A stretch of DNA of 64,000 nt from Antedon mediterranea (GCF_964355755.1 NC_092673.1:21077648-21141647); one strand, 5' to 3'. Positions 53,101 to 63,504 are shown, counted from the stretch's first letter. Notes: generated by a model from the sequence alone, not told the origin. Numbers and translations are program-made.

Positions 53101-54058
53101 AACTCACTACCAAACACCATCCAACCTTCCAGACGGTATCATACCAACACACTACCAGGCTGAGGAAATATTTGGTCAACGTAACATGAATATGACTGCG
53201 CCGAAATTTAGCGATTCTATAGTTGAGAATAGTTTCCGTGAAACTAATTGGACATTGAACCCTCGTGTGCATAAATTACCTGGTAGACGAGGTCTTGGAT
53301 ATGCAAACAGCCAATCGGAGCAAGCTTTGCATCAAAGGAAGTGTGATTTGAGAAGTTACTCTCAGAATTCTTTACAAAGTGATGATTTGAACGCAAATAA
53401 CGGCAGCAATTTAAAACGTATAAATAGTTTACATTATCAAGAAGAAGCAGAGTCAACAGATAGTGAGGAGGAAGAGGAGGATGACAATTATGGTAACCTA
53501 AATTCCACAACTAACAGCGTTCCACCTCCACCATCAGATGCGAATGAATCAACTTTAAACCTGGATATGCCAGACTATTCACCTCCAACACCAATCACCT
53601 ACCATGGTCCACCTTCATACCGAAAGGTACGATCTGAAAGTACGCCTCCCCAATATGTAGGACGCGGTATTCCAATTCCTCAGCGGCTGGAAGATGAGAC
53701 CGAAGAAGACTTGGGAACCTTACCCCCTTCACCATCTACGCATGATCTTATTTTAAGCATAGAACAAGAAGAGATGAATCTTGTGAAAGATTCTGTACCA
53801 AAAACCAGTGACAAACCATCACCAAGTAACATAGCTGTAAACCAGAAAAATGTCTCAAAACCTGATGTGACGTTATCAGCTATCAATGTCCTGGAAAAAC
53901 AGGACAAACGATCTAGATTGGGCATCTCTTTTCCAGCCGGCACTGTACTACAAACACCGAATAAACAGGAAACACCTTCTTCAACAAACCTGAATCCTGC
54001 GGACAAACGGTTTGTGATCAATAAAGATGGCCGTAGATTAAGAGCAACATTTGTTTAG
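9203..54058 (+). CDS. RGS12: Regulator of G-protein signalling 12 (RGS12/loco-like), long PDZ-PTB-RGS-RBD-RBD-GoLoco isoform: join(9203..11146,[24905..25000],35153..35174,35416..35579,36046..36132,36486..36632,38613..38874,39416..39492,39822..40037,48863..48936,51225..51348,51465..51555,51737..51885,52013..52148,52830..54058)
   Basis: Domain order and motifs match the R12 subfamily. The C-terminus ATFV is identical to the mammalian RGS12 PDZ-binding tail. All junctions are GT-AG and phase-consistent. Confidence 0.95.
13240..15855. mobile_element. Non-autonomous foldback DNA transposon (Sola2-like) with ~1.25-kb inverted arms
   Basis: Termini GGGTCATTCC...GGAATGACCC flanked by a 4-bp TSD TTCG; arms nearly identical in reverse complement; inner ~195-bp repeats. 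Confidence 0.85.
16472..17716. mobile_element. Non-autonomous hAT-like element with 6-bp TSD
   Basis: TIR CAGGGCATCA...TGATGCCCTG, TSD CCTCTC on both sides, subterminal ggagagcaatt repeats. Confidence 0.75.
18400..19030 (+). mobile_element. L2/Crack-like LINE 3' end
   Basis: [21 protein letters not shown] motif, AT-rich 3' UTR and A-rich tail; a similar 3' end is at ~13120-13210. Confidence 0.6.
19706..20138. mobile_element. PIF/Harbinger-like MITE
   Basis: TIR GGTCCTGTTTCTGCTGCA...TGCAGCAGAAACAGACCC; same TIR family as 30632-31136. Confidence 0.7.
21128..22228 (-). mobile_element. Kolobok-like MITE copy (reverse orientation, interrupted)
   Basis: TTAA|AGACCCATTCCC terminus; reverse-complement homology to 27511-28136. 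Confidence 0.65.
24905..25000 (+). CDS. RGS12: Probable RGS12 internal exon ([32 protein letters not shown])
   Basis: Strong acceptor tttttcatttgcag|, 96 nt, stop-free, phase 0-0, donor GAG|gtgtgt. Confidence 0.6.
25183..26622. mobile_element. Harbinger-like MITE nested in the hAT-like element
   Basis: TIR GACCCCATTTACA...TGTAAATGGGGTC flanked by taa/tta. Confidence 0.7.
25410..26256. mobile_element. Tc1/mariner (pogo-like) MITE nested in the Harbinger-like MITE
   Basis: TA|CCGTATATTTCGG..TATAAGTCGCAC ... GTGCGACTTATACACCGAAATATACGG|TA. Confidence 0.8.
27511..28136 (+). mobile_element. Kolobok-like MITE copy 1
   Basis: TTAA TSD, AG...CT termini, near-identical to 28369-28993. Confidence 0.8.
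28369..28993 (+). mobile_element. Kolobok-like MITE copy 2
   Basis: TTAA|AGACACCTTCCCTAC...GTAGGGAAGGTGTCT|TTAA. Confidence 0.85.
30632..31136. mobile_element. PIF/Harbinger-like MITE
   Basis: TTA|GGCCCTGTTTCTGCTGC...GCAGCAGAAACAGGCCC|TTA (3-bp TSD). Confidence 0.8.
32988..33722 (+). CDS. RGS12: Alternative RGS12 first coding exon with an N-terminal ZAD/zf-AD-like C4 zinc domain
   Basis: actATGg Kozak context; CRLC...[11 protein letters not shown] followed by a helix; phase-0 donor GGG|gtatgt compatible with the exon at 35153. Confidence 0.7.
33901..34288. mobile_element. Short TIR element (hAT-like) containing a perfect 82-bp palindrome
   Basis: TIR CATACATGCCAACA...TGTTGACATGTATG. Confidence 0.55.
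34731..34829 (+). CDS. RGS12: Alternative short RGS12 first coding exon ([33 protein letters not shown])
   Basis: gccATG start, 33 codons, strong phase-0 donor CCG|gtaagg. Confidence 0.55.
35153..35174 (+). CDS. RGS12: RGS12 22-nt microexon (SLAASDS)
   Basis: Long polypyrimidine tract + cag| and |gtgagt; bridges phase 0 to phase 1; resembles the AVSDGE motif of RGS12/14. Confidence 0.85.
35416..35579 (+). CDS. RGS12: RGS12 exon, start of RGS domain
   Basis: SSLSIH...[24 protein letters not shown]. Confidence 0.92.
36046..36132 (+). CDS. RGS12: RGS12 RGS-domain exon
   Basis: [21 protein letters not shown]. Confidence 0.95.
36486..36632 (+). CDS. RGS12: RGS12 RGS-domain exon
   Basis: [10 protein letters not shown]...PVNLD...PQQQ. 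Confidence 0.93.
36653..36800. mobile_element. Harbinger-like MITE
   Basis: TIR gcttggttcccactag...ctagtgggaaccaac. Confidence 0.6.
37791..38118. mobile_element. MITE with long TIRs
   Basis: cccttttcacatctgcaaaaatt...aacttgtaac is mirrored by gttacaacttg...tgcagatgtgaaag. Confidence 0.6.
38613..38874 (+). CDS. RGS12: RGS12 exon, end of RGS domain
   Basis: [33 protein letters not shown]. Confidence 0.95.
39001..39162. mobile_element. Harbinger-like MITE; a related copy is at ~59976-60360
   Basis: TIR aagctctgtctacactatcaaact...agtttgatagtgtagacagagctt. Confidence 0.7.
39416..39492 (+). CDS. RGS12: RGS12 linker exon
   Basis: ttttgcag| and |gtaatt; phase 1 to 0, stop-free. Confidence 0.8.
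39822..40037 (+). CDS. RGS12: RGS12 Ras-binding domain 1 exon
   Basis: [35 protein letters not shown]. Confidence 0.87.
40700..44734. repeat. 69-bp minisatellite array, ~58 copies (left part)
   Basis: Unit atatgcctgattcatatctttcaatattttctttctttgccatatttgtccaagtagattcctcattgt. Confidence 0.98.
44735..47478. mobile_element. Sola-like non-autonomous DNA transposon inserted in the minisatellite
   Basis: TIR GACTCAAAATATGCTAAAGTGTTA / TAACACCTTAGCATATTTTGACTC, 4-bp TSD ATAT, dispersed gcgtgygttagttttgacrgaca motifs. Confidence 0.8.
47479..48170. repeat. Continuation of the 69-bp minisatellite, decaying into 59-bp variant units
   Basis: The repeat resumes in exact register after the ATAT duplication. 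Confidence 0.95.
48432..48768. mobile_element. Kolobok-like MITE family (TTAA-AGATGTATTGTCCC); further copies at ~52437-52746, ~54900-55066 and ~62191-62484
   Basis: ttaaagatgtattgtccc...gggagacaatacattttttaa termini shared among copies. Confidence 0.65.
48863..48936 (+). CDS. RGS12: RGS12 RBD1/RBD2 junction exon
   Basis: [24 protein letters not shown]; |gtgagt. Confidence 0.88.
48988..49280. repeat. 51-bp tandem repeat, ~5.5 copies
   Basis: gctatcctcttgtagcccatgctatatgttgtacacatgttgaactcacat. Confidence 0.92.
49778..50157. mobile_element. Academ-like MITE
   Basis: ~70-bp imperfect TIR beginning TAGAGTATCACGG, 3-bp TSD GTA. Confidence 0.6.
51225..51348 (+). CDS. RGS12: RGS12 Ras-binding domain 2 exon
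   Basis: [30 protein letters not shown]. Confidence 0.92.
51465..51555 (+). CDS. RGS12: RGS12 RBD2 end exon
   Basis: [19 protein letters not shown]. Confidence 0.88.
51737..51885 (+). CDS. RGS12: RGS12 linker exon
   Basis: Phase 1 to 0, stop-free, GT-AG. Confidence 0.78.
52013..52148 (+). CDS. RGS12: RGS12 linker exon
   Basis: Phase 0 to 1, stop-free, GT-AG. Confidence 0.8.
52830..54058 (+). CDS. RGS12: RGS12 terminal exon: GoLoco motif, low-complexity tail, PDZ-binding motif ATFV
   Basis: [19 protein letters not shown]...LPDFL; ends RRLRATFV*. Confidence 0.93.
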
Positions 54059-54189
54059 TATTAATTTGAAATGATGTAAAATGAAATTCATGTTTATAGG
54101 ACTGTATTTTAAAAGTTTCATTAAAAAAATGTGATATGCTTTGTAGTTATTTATAATCAATTGAATTATCATAATTTTATCAATAAAAC

Positions 54190-54760
54190 CATGCTTATGA
54201 ATATGCAAAAGGTAAATTTAAATTATGATTGCCTTATTGAATTTATATCATCTTGATAATTAAATATTGCTTATAAATTATACAAAAGGTAGATTTAAAT
54301 ATTAATAAAGTTCTGATTTCCTTCTTAACACCTTGCTTGTAGATATATTAAAAATCATTTTGATATTAAACATTGCTTATGAATATGCAAAAGATAGATT
54401 TAAATATTAATGAACTTCCGATAGCTTTCTTAACACCTTGCTTGTAGATAGATATATTGAATTTATATAATCATCTTGATAATTCAACATTGCTTATGAA
54501 TATGCAAAAGATAGATTTAAATATTAATGAACTTCCGATAGCTTTCTTAACACCTTGCTTGTAGATAGATATATTGAATTAATATAATCATCTTGATAAT
54601 TAACATTGCTTATGAATATGCAAAAGATAGATTTAAATATTAATGAACTTCTGATAGCCTTCTTCAACACCTTGCTTGTAAATATGTTAATTAATGTAAT
54701 CATCTTGATAATTAAGCCTGTTTATGAATATGCAAAAGATAGTTTAAATATTAAGTTTAC
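54190..54760. repeat. ~117-bp diverged tandem repeat in/after the RGS12 3' UTR
   Basis: cattgcttatgaatatgcaaaagatag at 54371, 54488 and 54604, plus degenerate copies. Confidence 0.85.
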
Positions 54761-56167
54761 TACTATTATAGATGTTGCCTTCAATTTTAAAAACACCTTT
54801 CTAGTACTATACTGATCATGTTGGCAGTATGGGGTAAACTTTAAGTAACGCAAGCTTATTTGTTGAGTATTAACTTAACGTTCAAAATAGCTAAACTTAA
54901 AGATGTGTTGTCCCCCAAAAAACTGACTTTGGATAGGTTATTTTGTAGTTTTAATAAAGTTTATCACTTCCATTTGTCCAATTTTTGGTCAAAGAGGATA
55001 ACTATTTTGTGACATTAAATTGGCATATTGGAAAATAAAATATTTTTTCAAGGGAACAATACATCTTTAACTAAAAAATCAACTAAAAAGTCTAAATTGA
55101 ATATGCGTACCAATTGAAATAGTAATGCTAATAACAGGACAATGTTTGTAACCATGAAATATAAGGTTTTTTTATGAAGTAGTAAAGTATATAGATGAGA
55201 TTTAAATGAATTCCATAAATTGAAACAGGTTGTATATAAAGTGTATAGAAAATCAGCATTCAGTGAAGGCTGCATACAATGTATATACATTTAATGTGTG
55301 AACATAAAAAACAGTATTATTATATATGCTTTGATTATTCTCATTTTATTAAGACATCAGAAGTATCACTTTATTGTGTGGCATTTTAAATTAATATATT
55401 TGGTCATTTTTCTATCACAAATCATTTAGAAAGAAAAAGTTTATGTATAATATATTCATTGTCAAAAATGTTACTGAGTTTGACTTTATATCTTTTGGTT
55501 TAATTGATGTTATTTATGATGGTTTTTCTAAAATATTGTTTTTATTTCTTCCACTCACTAAAACAGTATAATGTTAATTTCTTCCATAACTGATGGATTG
55601 TATAAATTCTAACCAAGTTTAATATCTATTATATATTTAGTATATTGGACCAATTTCTCATATTTGTTTTAAATAGTGCCTTGTGCATTCTTGATGAAAA
55701 TATGTTGGTTGTAAATTTGTATTATTAGTTGTCTATTTAATTTAGACTTATCACAAAATAATAACAAGCAGAGATCTCAACTTGAAAAAATGGTGATGAT
55801 GATGATTGACTCTGTGATTTTCACGCATGCGCAAAATAATTCCGTGTACCCAGCAAGATAGGCATTTGGCTATGAATTTCGTGAAAAACTAAATTAAAAT
55901 CCATTTAAAAAAAAACATGGTTGATAATATGAATTTATTTTATTCAATTAAGCTAACATACTTATCCCAGAATAAAAATATCAAAGCGATAAGTAATTAC
56001 TACTATGCTTTCACATCAATCAATGATTTACTGCTAAATTCCCATCTCTGTAATACAAAAAGTTTTTCACAGGTTTCCCAGGGGCGTTTTGAGGGCATTG
56101 TCATCGTCCAAAACATTAAGTATGACTATGGTAAGCCTAAAACTAATTGATCTACACGTTGAGACAA

Positions 56168-56500
56168 TTATTGGAAGACTCCTGCTATTATTGGGAGACT
56201 CCTGCTATTATTGAGAGACTCCTGCTATTATTGGGAGACTCCTGCTATTATTGAGAGACTCCTGCTATTATTGGGAGACTCCTGCTATTATTGAGAGACT
56301 CCTGCTATTATTGGGAGACTCCTGCTATTATTGGAAGACTCCTGCTATTATTGGGAGACTCCTGCTATTATTGGGAGACTCCTGCTATTATTGGAAGACT
56401 CCTGCTATTATTGGGAGACTCTTGCTATATTGGGAGACTCTTGCTATATTGGGAGACTCTTGCTATATTGGGAGACTGCTACTATTATTGGGAGACTTCT
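56168..56500. repeat. 20-bp tandem repeat, ~16 copies
   Basis: gggagactcctgctattatt. Confidence 0.95.
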
Positions 56501-57527
56501 GGAAGACTTGGACAAGGATCATATCACTTTCAAATAATAAAAATTGATGTATCGTTGATAGCTGATCAACTAGACCGTTAACCACTGAAGAATGACATCA
56601 AAGTAATATACTTAAATGAAGACGCATTTTTTTCCACTCATTTTTTACGGAAATTTATTGCGATTGCACTTTATGTGTATGGATACAATACAGTACTTGT
56701 GCGCTCGAGAGCTACCATTACATTACTATATGACATGCGTAAATATTCAGTTTCAGTTATTCAGTTTCACTGAAACTGCATGTGATAATTAACATAAAAT
56801 TAAATAACATTTTTATAACATTTTGTTTCACTTATTAATAATTAATATTTAAAATTTAATTCAAGTTTCATCAAATTCTATTGCACTTTATTCTGAATCA
56901 GACTACATACATTTTTGAATAATTCAAGTCAATTCATAAAAAATAAATATAAGTGAGCAGATTTTTAAATTTTAGCACTTGTCTGCTGACACACAATTTG
57001 ACTTATAACAACTGATTTTACAAACAACATTTTCAGATACATACACCAAGATACTATTTGTTTACAATACATTGTTTAAAATAAATAAGAAGGTTGAATA
57101 TATAATATAAAGGCAAGATTGTTAAATTTTTACTACCATTAAAATGTTTTTCTAAATTGACCCAATACTTAGCCAATGTGAGTATTCATGTGTATATAGA
57201 CTATATTTTATACAGTAATATTTTACATAAGATTAAAAGATTACAATTACTTTTAAAAATCATTTTTTCAAAAATACATTTAGGTAAGACACTGATAACA
57301 TTACTTGAATTGGACAGCAGTAAAGCAACTGTATTCTAAAGGCATTTTTTAAAATTCCAAAAAATTATCGAGCACATGGAAGGGTTTGTTTATGCATATG
57401 CATGTGATGCTACCCTTTTCAATCTGCATAAATTGAACATAAGCATGTGGAGCCAATGTGATACTACCCTTTTCAATCTGCATAAATTATGTGATGCAAC
57501 CATTTTCAATCTGCATTAAACATCATT

Positions 57528-57686
57528 TCATATGTGTCCAAGTCCAACTGGAACCTGCTTTTCCGACATTCTTTGACTTTCAGTCATTGTTAACTTCTCA
57601 AGAATCTCTTCAAGGTCTCGCATCCGATTGGCTAAAAGTCGCGCCGCTAGCCTTTGATGAGCCAGTGCCTCACTTCTATCGTTCAA
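57528..57686 (-). CDS. CCDC125: CCDC125-like terminal exon
   Basis: LNDRSEALAHQRLAARLLANRMRDLEE...GLGHI*. Confidence 0.85.
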   Translation of the reverse strand: MNDRSEALAHQRLAARLLANRMRDLEEILEKLTMTESQRMSEKQVPVGLGHI

Positions 57687-60600
57687 CTGTAACATACAAA
57701 GATATTACTAGTTTAATAATAAACTGGTAGAATAATAAAATATTAGCACAAATACATAAAATATTGTAGATCAAGGGTGTCACCGTATTGAGTAGGATCA
57801 TCAGAGTATTTCTAAATAAGAAGAAGTTCCAAAACTAGGCTAGGCCTACTACGGCACTCGTATTTATTGTCGTCTTTATGCAAAAAAGTTGTTGATAGAT
57901 GTGTCATTGATTGGCCAGAATCCACAATTACCGTGCTGTATTTTTACAAAATCGAATCTGTTTCTATGCTCAGCGGATTTCCGCTCCGCGTTCTGTGTAA
58001 TTGGTCATAAAAAATAACAGATTCTATTTTTGCAGTTTTTGCTTACCTTTACCCCTCGTCTGTGTAAATTGGCCTTAAGACTAAGTGTTTAATTACAGTA
58101 TTTCATGAAAAAGAAATAGAATCTCATCAGCTAACAAGGTGGTAAAAAAAGTACATTTTGAACCGTTGGTCCAATGTACACGTCTGGCTTGTTAAAAACA
58201 ACCCAGAGCATCTTTCTCAATTAGAATGTTCTGGTTCATTGATCACTGTCATTATCATTGCATATTAGTTGAATCACTATGGTATGGAAACCACATGTCC
58301 CTATTTCTCTGGGATGAAAAGGAACTAAACAAGACATTACCAGTTCTGTGAGTAGACTAATGAACTCTGGTGTCTTTGGGTCGGAAGCCTGTACACCAAG
58401 ACTTCTTGATTTTCCATCAGAGTGAATCTCTTCATCAGAACATAACGGTTCCACCTCTTGAATCTCATCCTCCTCGTCGGGAACTAAATCAAAATACAGA
58501 TTAGTATTAGCAATGTAATAATATAAAAATATTCTTTTCTTCCAGAGTTTATGGTAAAACTACTGTATGGGCCAAGGTGATTGAAGATGAGGAGATGAAG
58601 CTGAGAGGCTAAATTACTGTAGTATAATTTAAGGTACAAAATGTAAAAGAATAACATTCCTATATCCTATATACGAAATGATCCAATAACATTTGTTTTT
58701 TTAAATCAACCAAAAAAAGATACCACCCTTTAGTCCGAAACCATACATGCTAAATACTGTAAAGCCCAAAATGTTCGCGGCCCTAAATTTTTAGCGATTT
58801 TAAAAGAAAAACATTCCCATATCATGTATACAAAATGCTACAATAAAAATGCCTTTTTAGTCGCGTGCAACGCGACTCTACAGCTCACTATGTCGGTCGG
58901 TTGGTCGGTCGGTAAACACTAACTTGTATATGACCTTATCTTGATATCAGTTTAATCTAGCTAAGTCAATTTTTCACAGTATATTCCTTATGGCCAGGAA
59001 TCGATGTGGTTATGTTTTCACGGTGCGCAATAAAAAATTACGTGGTCTACGCACGATTTAACGAAATCACGTTTGTAATCATATCTTAACAACCATGAAT
59101 CACAATTAAATAAAATTTGGTACTCATAAATTTCAGGGCATAAATCATCATATGGCAATACAATTACGTACGTAGCGCATGTAACGCATGTGTACGGGCG
59201 CTTAAAATTTTCAAAATTTATTTTCGATGAAATAAGAGTACGTTTCAGGCAATTTTAAGCGTTTACAAAATTGCCATGAGTGCGCAGATTTTTAGCGTTA
59301 AATGTTATTCCGCACTCTTTTTGCCCGATTTCTGTTTTCTTGACTTAATTTTTAACTCGAAATTACGTTATACGAGCACGTCAAAAGTGACAGGCTACGC
59401 ACGTGTAAATTAAAAAAATATAAATGTTTTTAAACATTTAATATTTTTAAACATGTTCAGCAATTTCGGTCAGTTGGTCGGTCGGTCAACACTAATGAGC
59501 ACGCGACTGCAGCCATCTATATGGCCTTGTTTAAAATTAACCAAAATAGAATACCACCCTTTAATATGAAACCATACATGCTGAATATCTCATAATTTCA
59601 CAAAATGAGAAACTTTATTACCTGAAAAACAATTGCTAACAATAGCTAAAAAACAAATACAAAAAGCTTTGTTAGATTGGTATGGTCACAATTTATTGAT
59701 AAATTAAAATTAAAAGTAAAAGGAAAACCTTGATCACATGTTCTGAATAAATATAACCAAAGCAGTTTATTTATTGAAGAAAATACATTTCAAGAATTAA
59801 TGACCAATATCAGAAAAAAAACTATGATGTAGAATTAGTAAAATCTCTCCCATATCAGGCGATCTTGATGCGCCACAGTTACCTGCCATTTGTTACAGTA
59901 TGTAAAACAATTCCCATTCCATTTAAGCCTCTTACCTGAAACCTTTCTACTGCCCCACCAAGGTTTCAATTACTAAAGCTCTGTCTACATCAAACTTTAT
60001 GTGACAAAAAAAATGTGATATGCCCATATATGGATATGATGATGTCATACTGTATCACCACTATTGGGTATTGATTGATTGATTGATTTTATTCGATATC
60101 CATAAAATAGTTAAAATATACAATGTACAAAAAGAATACCAGGATAACCCATTAAGTCGACAAATAAAAAGTAAACTTATTTCCAATGAGGTCCAATCCA
60201 TATTAACTGAAAAAGTGAGTGGTTGGGCCTAGTACAATATATGATTAAGTTGCATGCAGTAAAAATGGAAAAACAAGAAAATACAAATAAAAAAATATTA
60301 TAAAATAACTTAGTTAAACTGAGATTTTTTTGTCAAAATAGTTTAATAGTGTAGACAGCTTTACATCAAACATTTATTACATTTAATTCAATTTGGATCT
60401 CAAAATACATACCGTTCATTTGTGGATGCCTACTCTTCCATAGTTTCCTTAATCTGCTTTCGTCGGCGCTATCCTTATCTTTATGTTGATTGGCTACTTC
60501 TTTACTCAGCACTGTATTTCTGTTTAACTGTTCTTCAAATGCTATACGATACGCATCAGTTACTGAATAGGCTTCTGAACAGTTTACTTTTAAAACTTCA

Positions 60601-63010
60601 TTCTAAAAATAAACAATTAAATATTTACGTTTATAAAGTTTCTCATGGTTAGAATGAAATTAAATCAAGTACGTTTCCAAATTAAATGAAAGTAGATTAA
60701 ACGTAAAAGTCATAAGATTTAAACAAATTTTTACCTGTTCCTTCAAAAACGAAATTTCTTTCTTAAAGTGAGCAGCCATTTTTGCACATTTGCAGGGGTC
60801 AGGAGCAGTTGATCGGCACTTGCAAGCACCTAAAACAGCAAGTTGCTAATTGGACCAATACAAATAATTAAATTACTAATGACAACAATGACAATAAAAA
60901 GAAATAAGTGTAATGTTCAACCAATAAAAAACTTACGTCAATAAGTGTAATAGCTCATAAAGAACACATACAAATTCAAAAATACTCAAGCAACTTTATC
61001 ATCATCTTTCTTTACTGTGCAGAATCTTGTTTTGAGTACAGTTCAAATGTGACACTAATGTGGCTACAGTCACAATGCGCATGAAATGGATTTTGTGTTT
61101 CCACAGTGACACTAATGTTTAGTCTTAACATACTAGTTCATAATGCAAGCCACAACAGCAGAATATATACAGTATATTTTACATAAAAACTAAAATAAAA
61201 CTTACATCAGTGAGTGATAAGGAAAAGCCTTTCATTGCAGAATCATCCAGAGCCTTGTGTTTTTCATACACTAATTTATCTTTCACATCCATCAGTGCTA
61301 GCATTTCTTCTTTCTGCCTACATAGAACTTCAAGAAATAAATACATTAAAAAAAGTTAATGAGTGAGTGGCCATATTTTTTGCTACCAGTGTCTACCGAG
61401 TACAGTCAAAGAACTTATAACACAAGAATCTCCTGTTCTTCAATTTGCATTCAAAACACAGTATCGGAAGTACAGGGTTAAAAGGTCAAACTGGGCGACG
61501 CCATTTCACAGCATGGAGCAGCGCCCCCTCCAAACTAGGAAGTCAATTACTCTACCCCCCTAGAGTATTAGCAGATCCCCTCTATGATTTTGACTTTCTA
61601 ATTTGATGCGGGCGCCCTACTCCTCAGTCAATTACTCTATCCCCCCTAGAGCATTAGCAGATCCCCTCTATGATTTTGACTTTCTAATTTGATGCGGGCG
61701 CCCTACTCCATGGCTCACAATGGCGCCACCCATAGCTCTATTCTATCCCACAATGCCTTTCGAAATTGTTACGCGCTTCGGACGAACAGGAGATTCTTGT
61801 GTTATAAGTTCTTTAGTACAGTCAACAGTCTGGATTAAAATGCCTAGTTAAATATTCTGGTATTCTGGATGTATTTTAATGGTGAAAAAGAACATTTTGG
61901 ACACTTTGAACGCAAAAAAAGTTTGGTTTTGGGAATTTCTTCGGTTTTGAGAGAGTCCGGTTTCGGTCTGACTGTATAAGCTTACTGTAGTACCTATATT
62001 TTCTGCTTGTATTCGTCTCAGCTCATCTGACCTTGCTTCTAGTGTTGCCATCAATGCTGCATTTTCAAGACACATTCTATATTAGATAATTGTCAAAAGA
62101 AGTAAAGCAATGTAGTTGAATACATTCAAAGAATAAAATTGACTAATTAAACCAACAGTTAATATTGTAATAATTATGAATATTAATTAAAGATGTATCG
62201 ATATAATAAATAAATGAAATAATTCTTCAAATTTTTTTGAATATGCCATTTTAATGTCACATAATAGTTATCCATTTAAAAAAAAAATTGGATAGAAACA
62301 AAATATATTTATCTGAAGATACTGTAATTTAAAGAAAAAAAATTAGCTGCCAGCCAGTGGGTTTTTGGTTGAATTTCACCATATATTTTGTCATTTTATA
62401 AGTGAATACAATTTGAAACAAAATAACCTATCCAAAGTCTGATTTAATTAATCTTCATTTTTCATGTTTTTGGGGGACAATACAAGCATTTGAGGAAGCA
62501 TCCTTCGCCATTATAAACAGCATATTGTTATTATACAATACATTATCATTTTAGTCATTTAATTATAAACAGCAGTTTATTGTTGTATATACAATACATT
62601 AATAGGGATACTAGAAGAGGTTAATAGGCCAATGAAGAGATCCTTGGAGAATTTTCAATTTGCATTATGAGTGCAAGTATAGCTTGAAGATGCTTTTAAA
62701 TGCTGTATAGACTCACTAAAATTTACCTGTCAAACCTCTCTGCCCAGGTGTGTTCACTTTTTAGCTGAGCATCTGCTTTGATGTCCAGTTCAAATTGAAG
62801 TGCATTTACTTCCTACAAAGTTTGATAAAGTCAAGCATAAAGGTAAAAATCATAATTGAATTGAAGTGAAATATTTTATTTATACTGGACTGGTCTCCCA
62901 AAGGGCCCAGTTATGATCAGTGGCTGTGTGTATACTATGACACCAGGGTAACCCCCTACTTGTCTCTGTACTAGGTTCTTTATAGTGCACATGAGCTAGA
63001 TGTGTACACT

Positions 63011-63044
<34 letters not shown>

Positions 63045-63504
63045 CCGTTCTACTACCCGAACCATGCAGTGAGTGAGCCTTGAACCCTTGCAGTATTAAT
63101 TATGGTTCCACTGTCGGCCACTCACTCACCAATGGATGACAAAGTCTTGGTTGGGCCAATTATGTCTTGGTTGGGCCAATCATGTCTTGGTTGGGCCAAT
63201 CATGTCTTGGTTGGGCCAATCATGTCTTGGTTGGCCCAATCATGTCTTGGTTGGCCCAATCAAGTCTTTTTTGGGCCATTCAAGTCTTTTTTGGGCAAAT
63301 CAGGTCTTTTTTGGGCCTATTTGTTTTGCTCTGATAAACTCACAAAACTGGTAAGTCCTAAAATGTAATACCACTATAATCTTGATTGATCTTTAATTTG
63401 AGGGTCACCTATATTTTTTAGTTTTATCCTACCTTTACTAAATCTTTCTTTTGATCAAAACTTGATTCAGCTGAACGCTTATGTTGGCTTGAAGCTAACA
63501 TTGC
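57528..63504 (-). CDS. CCDC125: Coiled-coil domain-containing protein 125-like, 5'-truncated: complement(join(57528..57686,58341..58483,60413..60602,60735..60845,61206..61327,61994..62076,62727..62812,63433..63504))
   Basis: The translated chain contains QLAVLGACKC...PCKCAKMAA, EAYSVTDAYRIAFEEQL and LNDRSEALAHQR, which match CCDC125 conserved blocks as recalled. All junctions are GT-AG and phase-consistent. Upstream exons probably lie beyond the window. Confidence 0.85.
58341..58483 (-). CDS. CCDC125: CCDC125-like exon
   Basis: VPDEEDEIQE...EFISLLTEL; phase 1 to 0. Confidence 0.8.
58854..59532 (+). mobile_element. Helentron-associated (DINE-1/HINE-like) non-autonomous element
   Basis: 5' T-run + subTIR agtcgcgtg with an adjacent inverted copy, (gtcg)n microsatellite, 3' subTIR cacgcgact, terminal hairpin gccat..atggc then cttgtt; inserted in a T-run. 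Confidence 0.75.
60413..60602 (-). CDS. CCDC125: CCDC125-like exon
   Basis: EAYSVTDAYRIAFEEQL. Confidence 0.88.
60735..60845 (-). CDS. CCDC125: CCDC125-like Cys-rich exon
   Basis: QLAVLGACKCRSTAPDPCKCAKMAAHFKKEISFLKEQ. Confidence 0.88.
61206..61327 (-). CDS. CCDC125: CCDC125-like exon
   Basis: LCRQKEEMLALMDVKDK...; acceptor ttcttgaag restores the phase. Confidence 0.8.
61408..61814. mobile_element. Mutator-like (MULE) MITE
   Basis: 31-bp TIR AAAGAACTTATAACACAAGAATCTCCTGTTC and a perfect 9-bp TSD AGTACAGTC; internal ~70-bp direct duplication. Confidence 0.85.
61994..62076 (-). CDS. CCDC125: CCDC125-like exon
   Basis: MCLENAALMATLEARSDELRRIQAEN. Confidence 0.85.
62727..62812 (-). CDS. CCDC125: CCDC125-like exon
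   Basis: EVNALQFELD...TWAERFDR. Confidence 0.83.
62885..63130 (-). mobile_element. tRNA-derived SINE copy
   Basis: Homologous to 2420-2682; B-box-like GGTTCAAGGC on the minus strand. Confidence 0.65.
63143..63320. repeat. 20-bp tandem repeat
   Basis: gtcttggttgggccaatcat, ~9 copies. Confidence 0.9.
63433..63504 (-). CDS. CCDC125: CCDC125-like exon
   Basis: AMLASSQHKRSAESSFDQKKDLVK; 72 nt, phase 0-0. Confidence 0.7.

Noticed and set aside
56251-56581. Overlapping ORFs with DSCYYWETPAII repeats
   Set aside because: They are translations of a 20-bp tandem repeat.
59936-59972. Possible extra CCDC125 microexon on the minus strand
   Set aside because: It has an in-frame TAG in the required phase.
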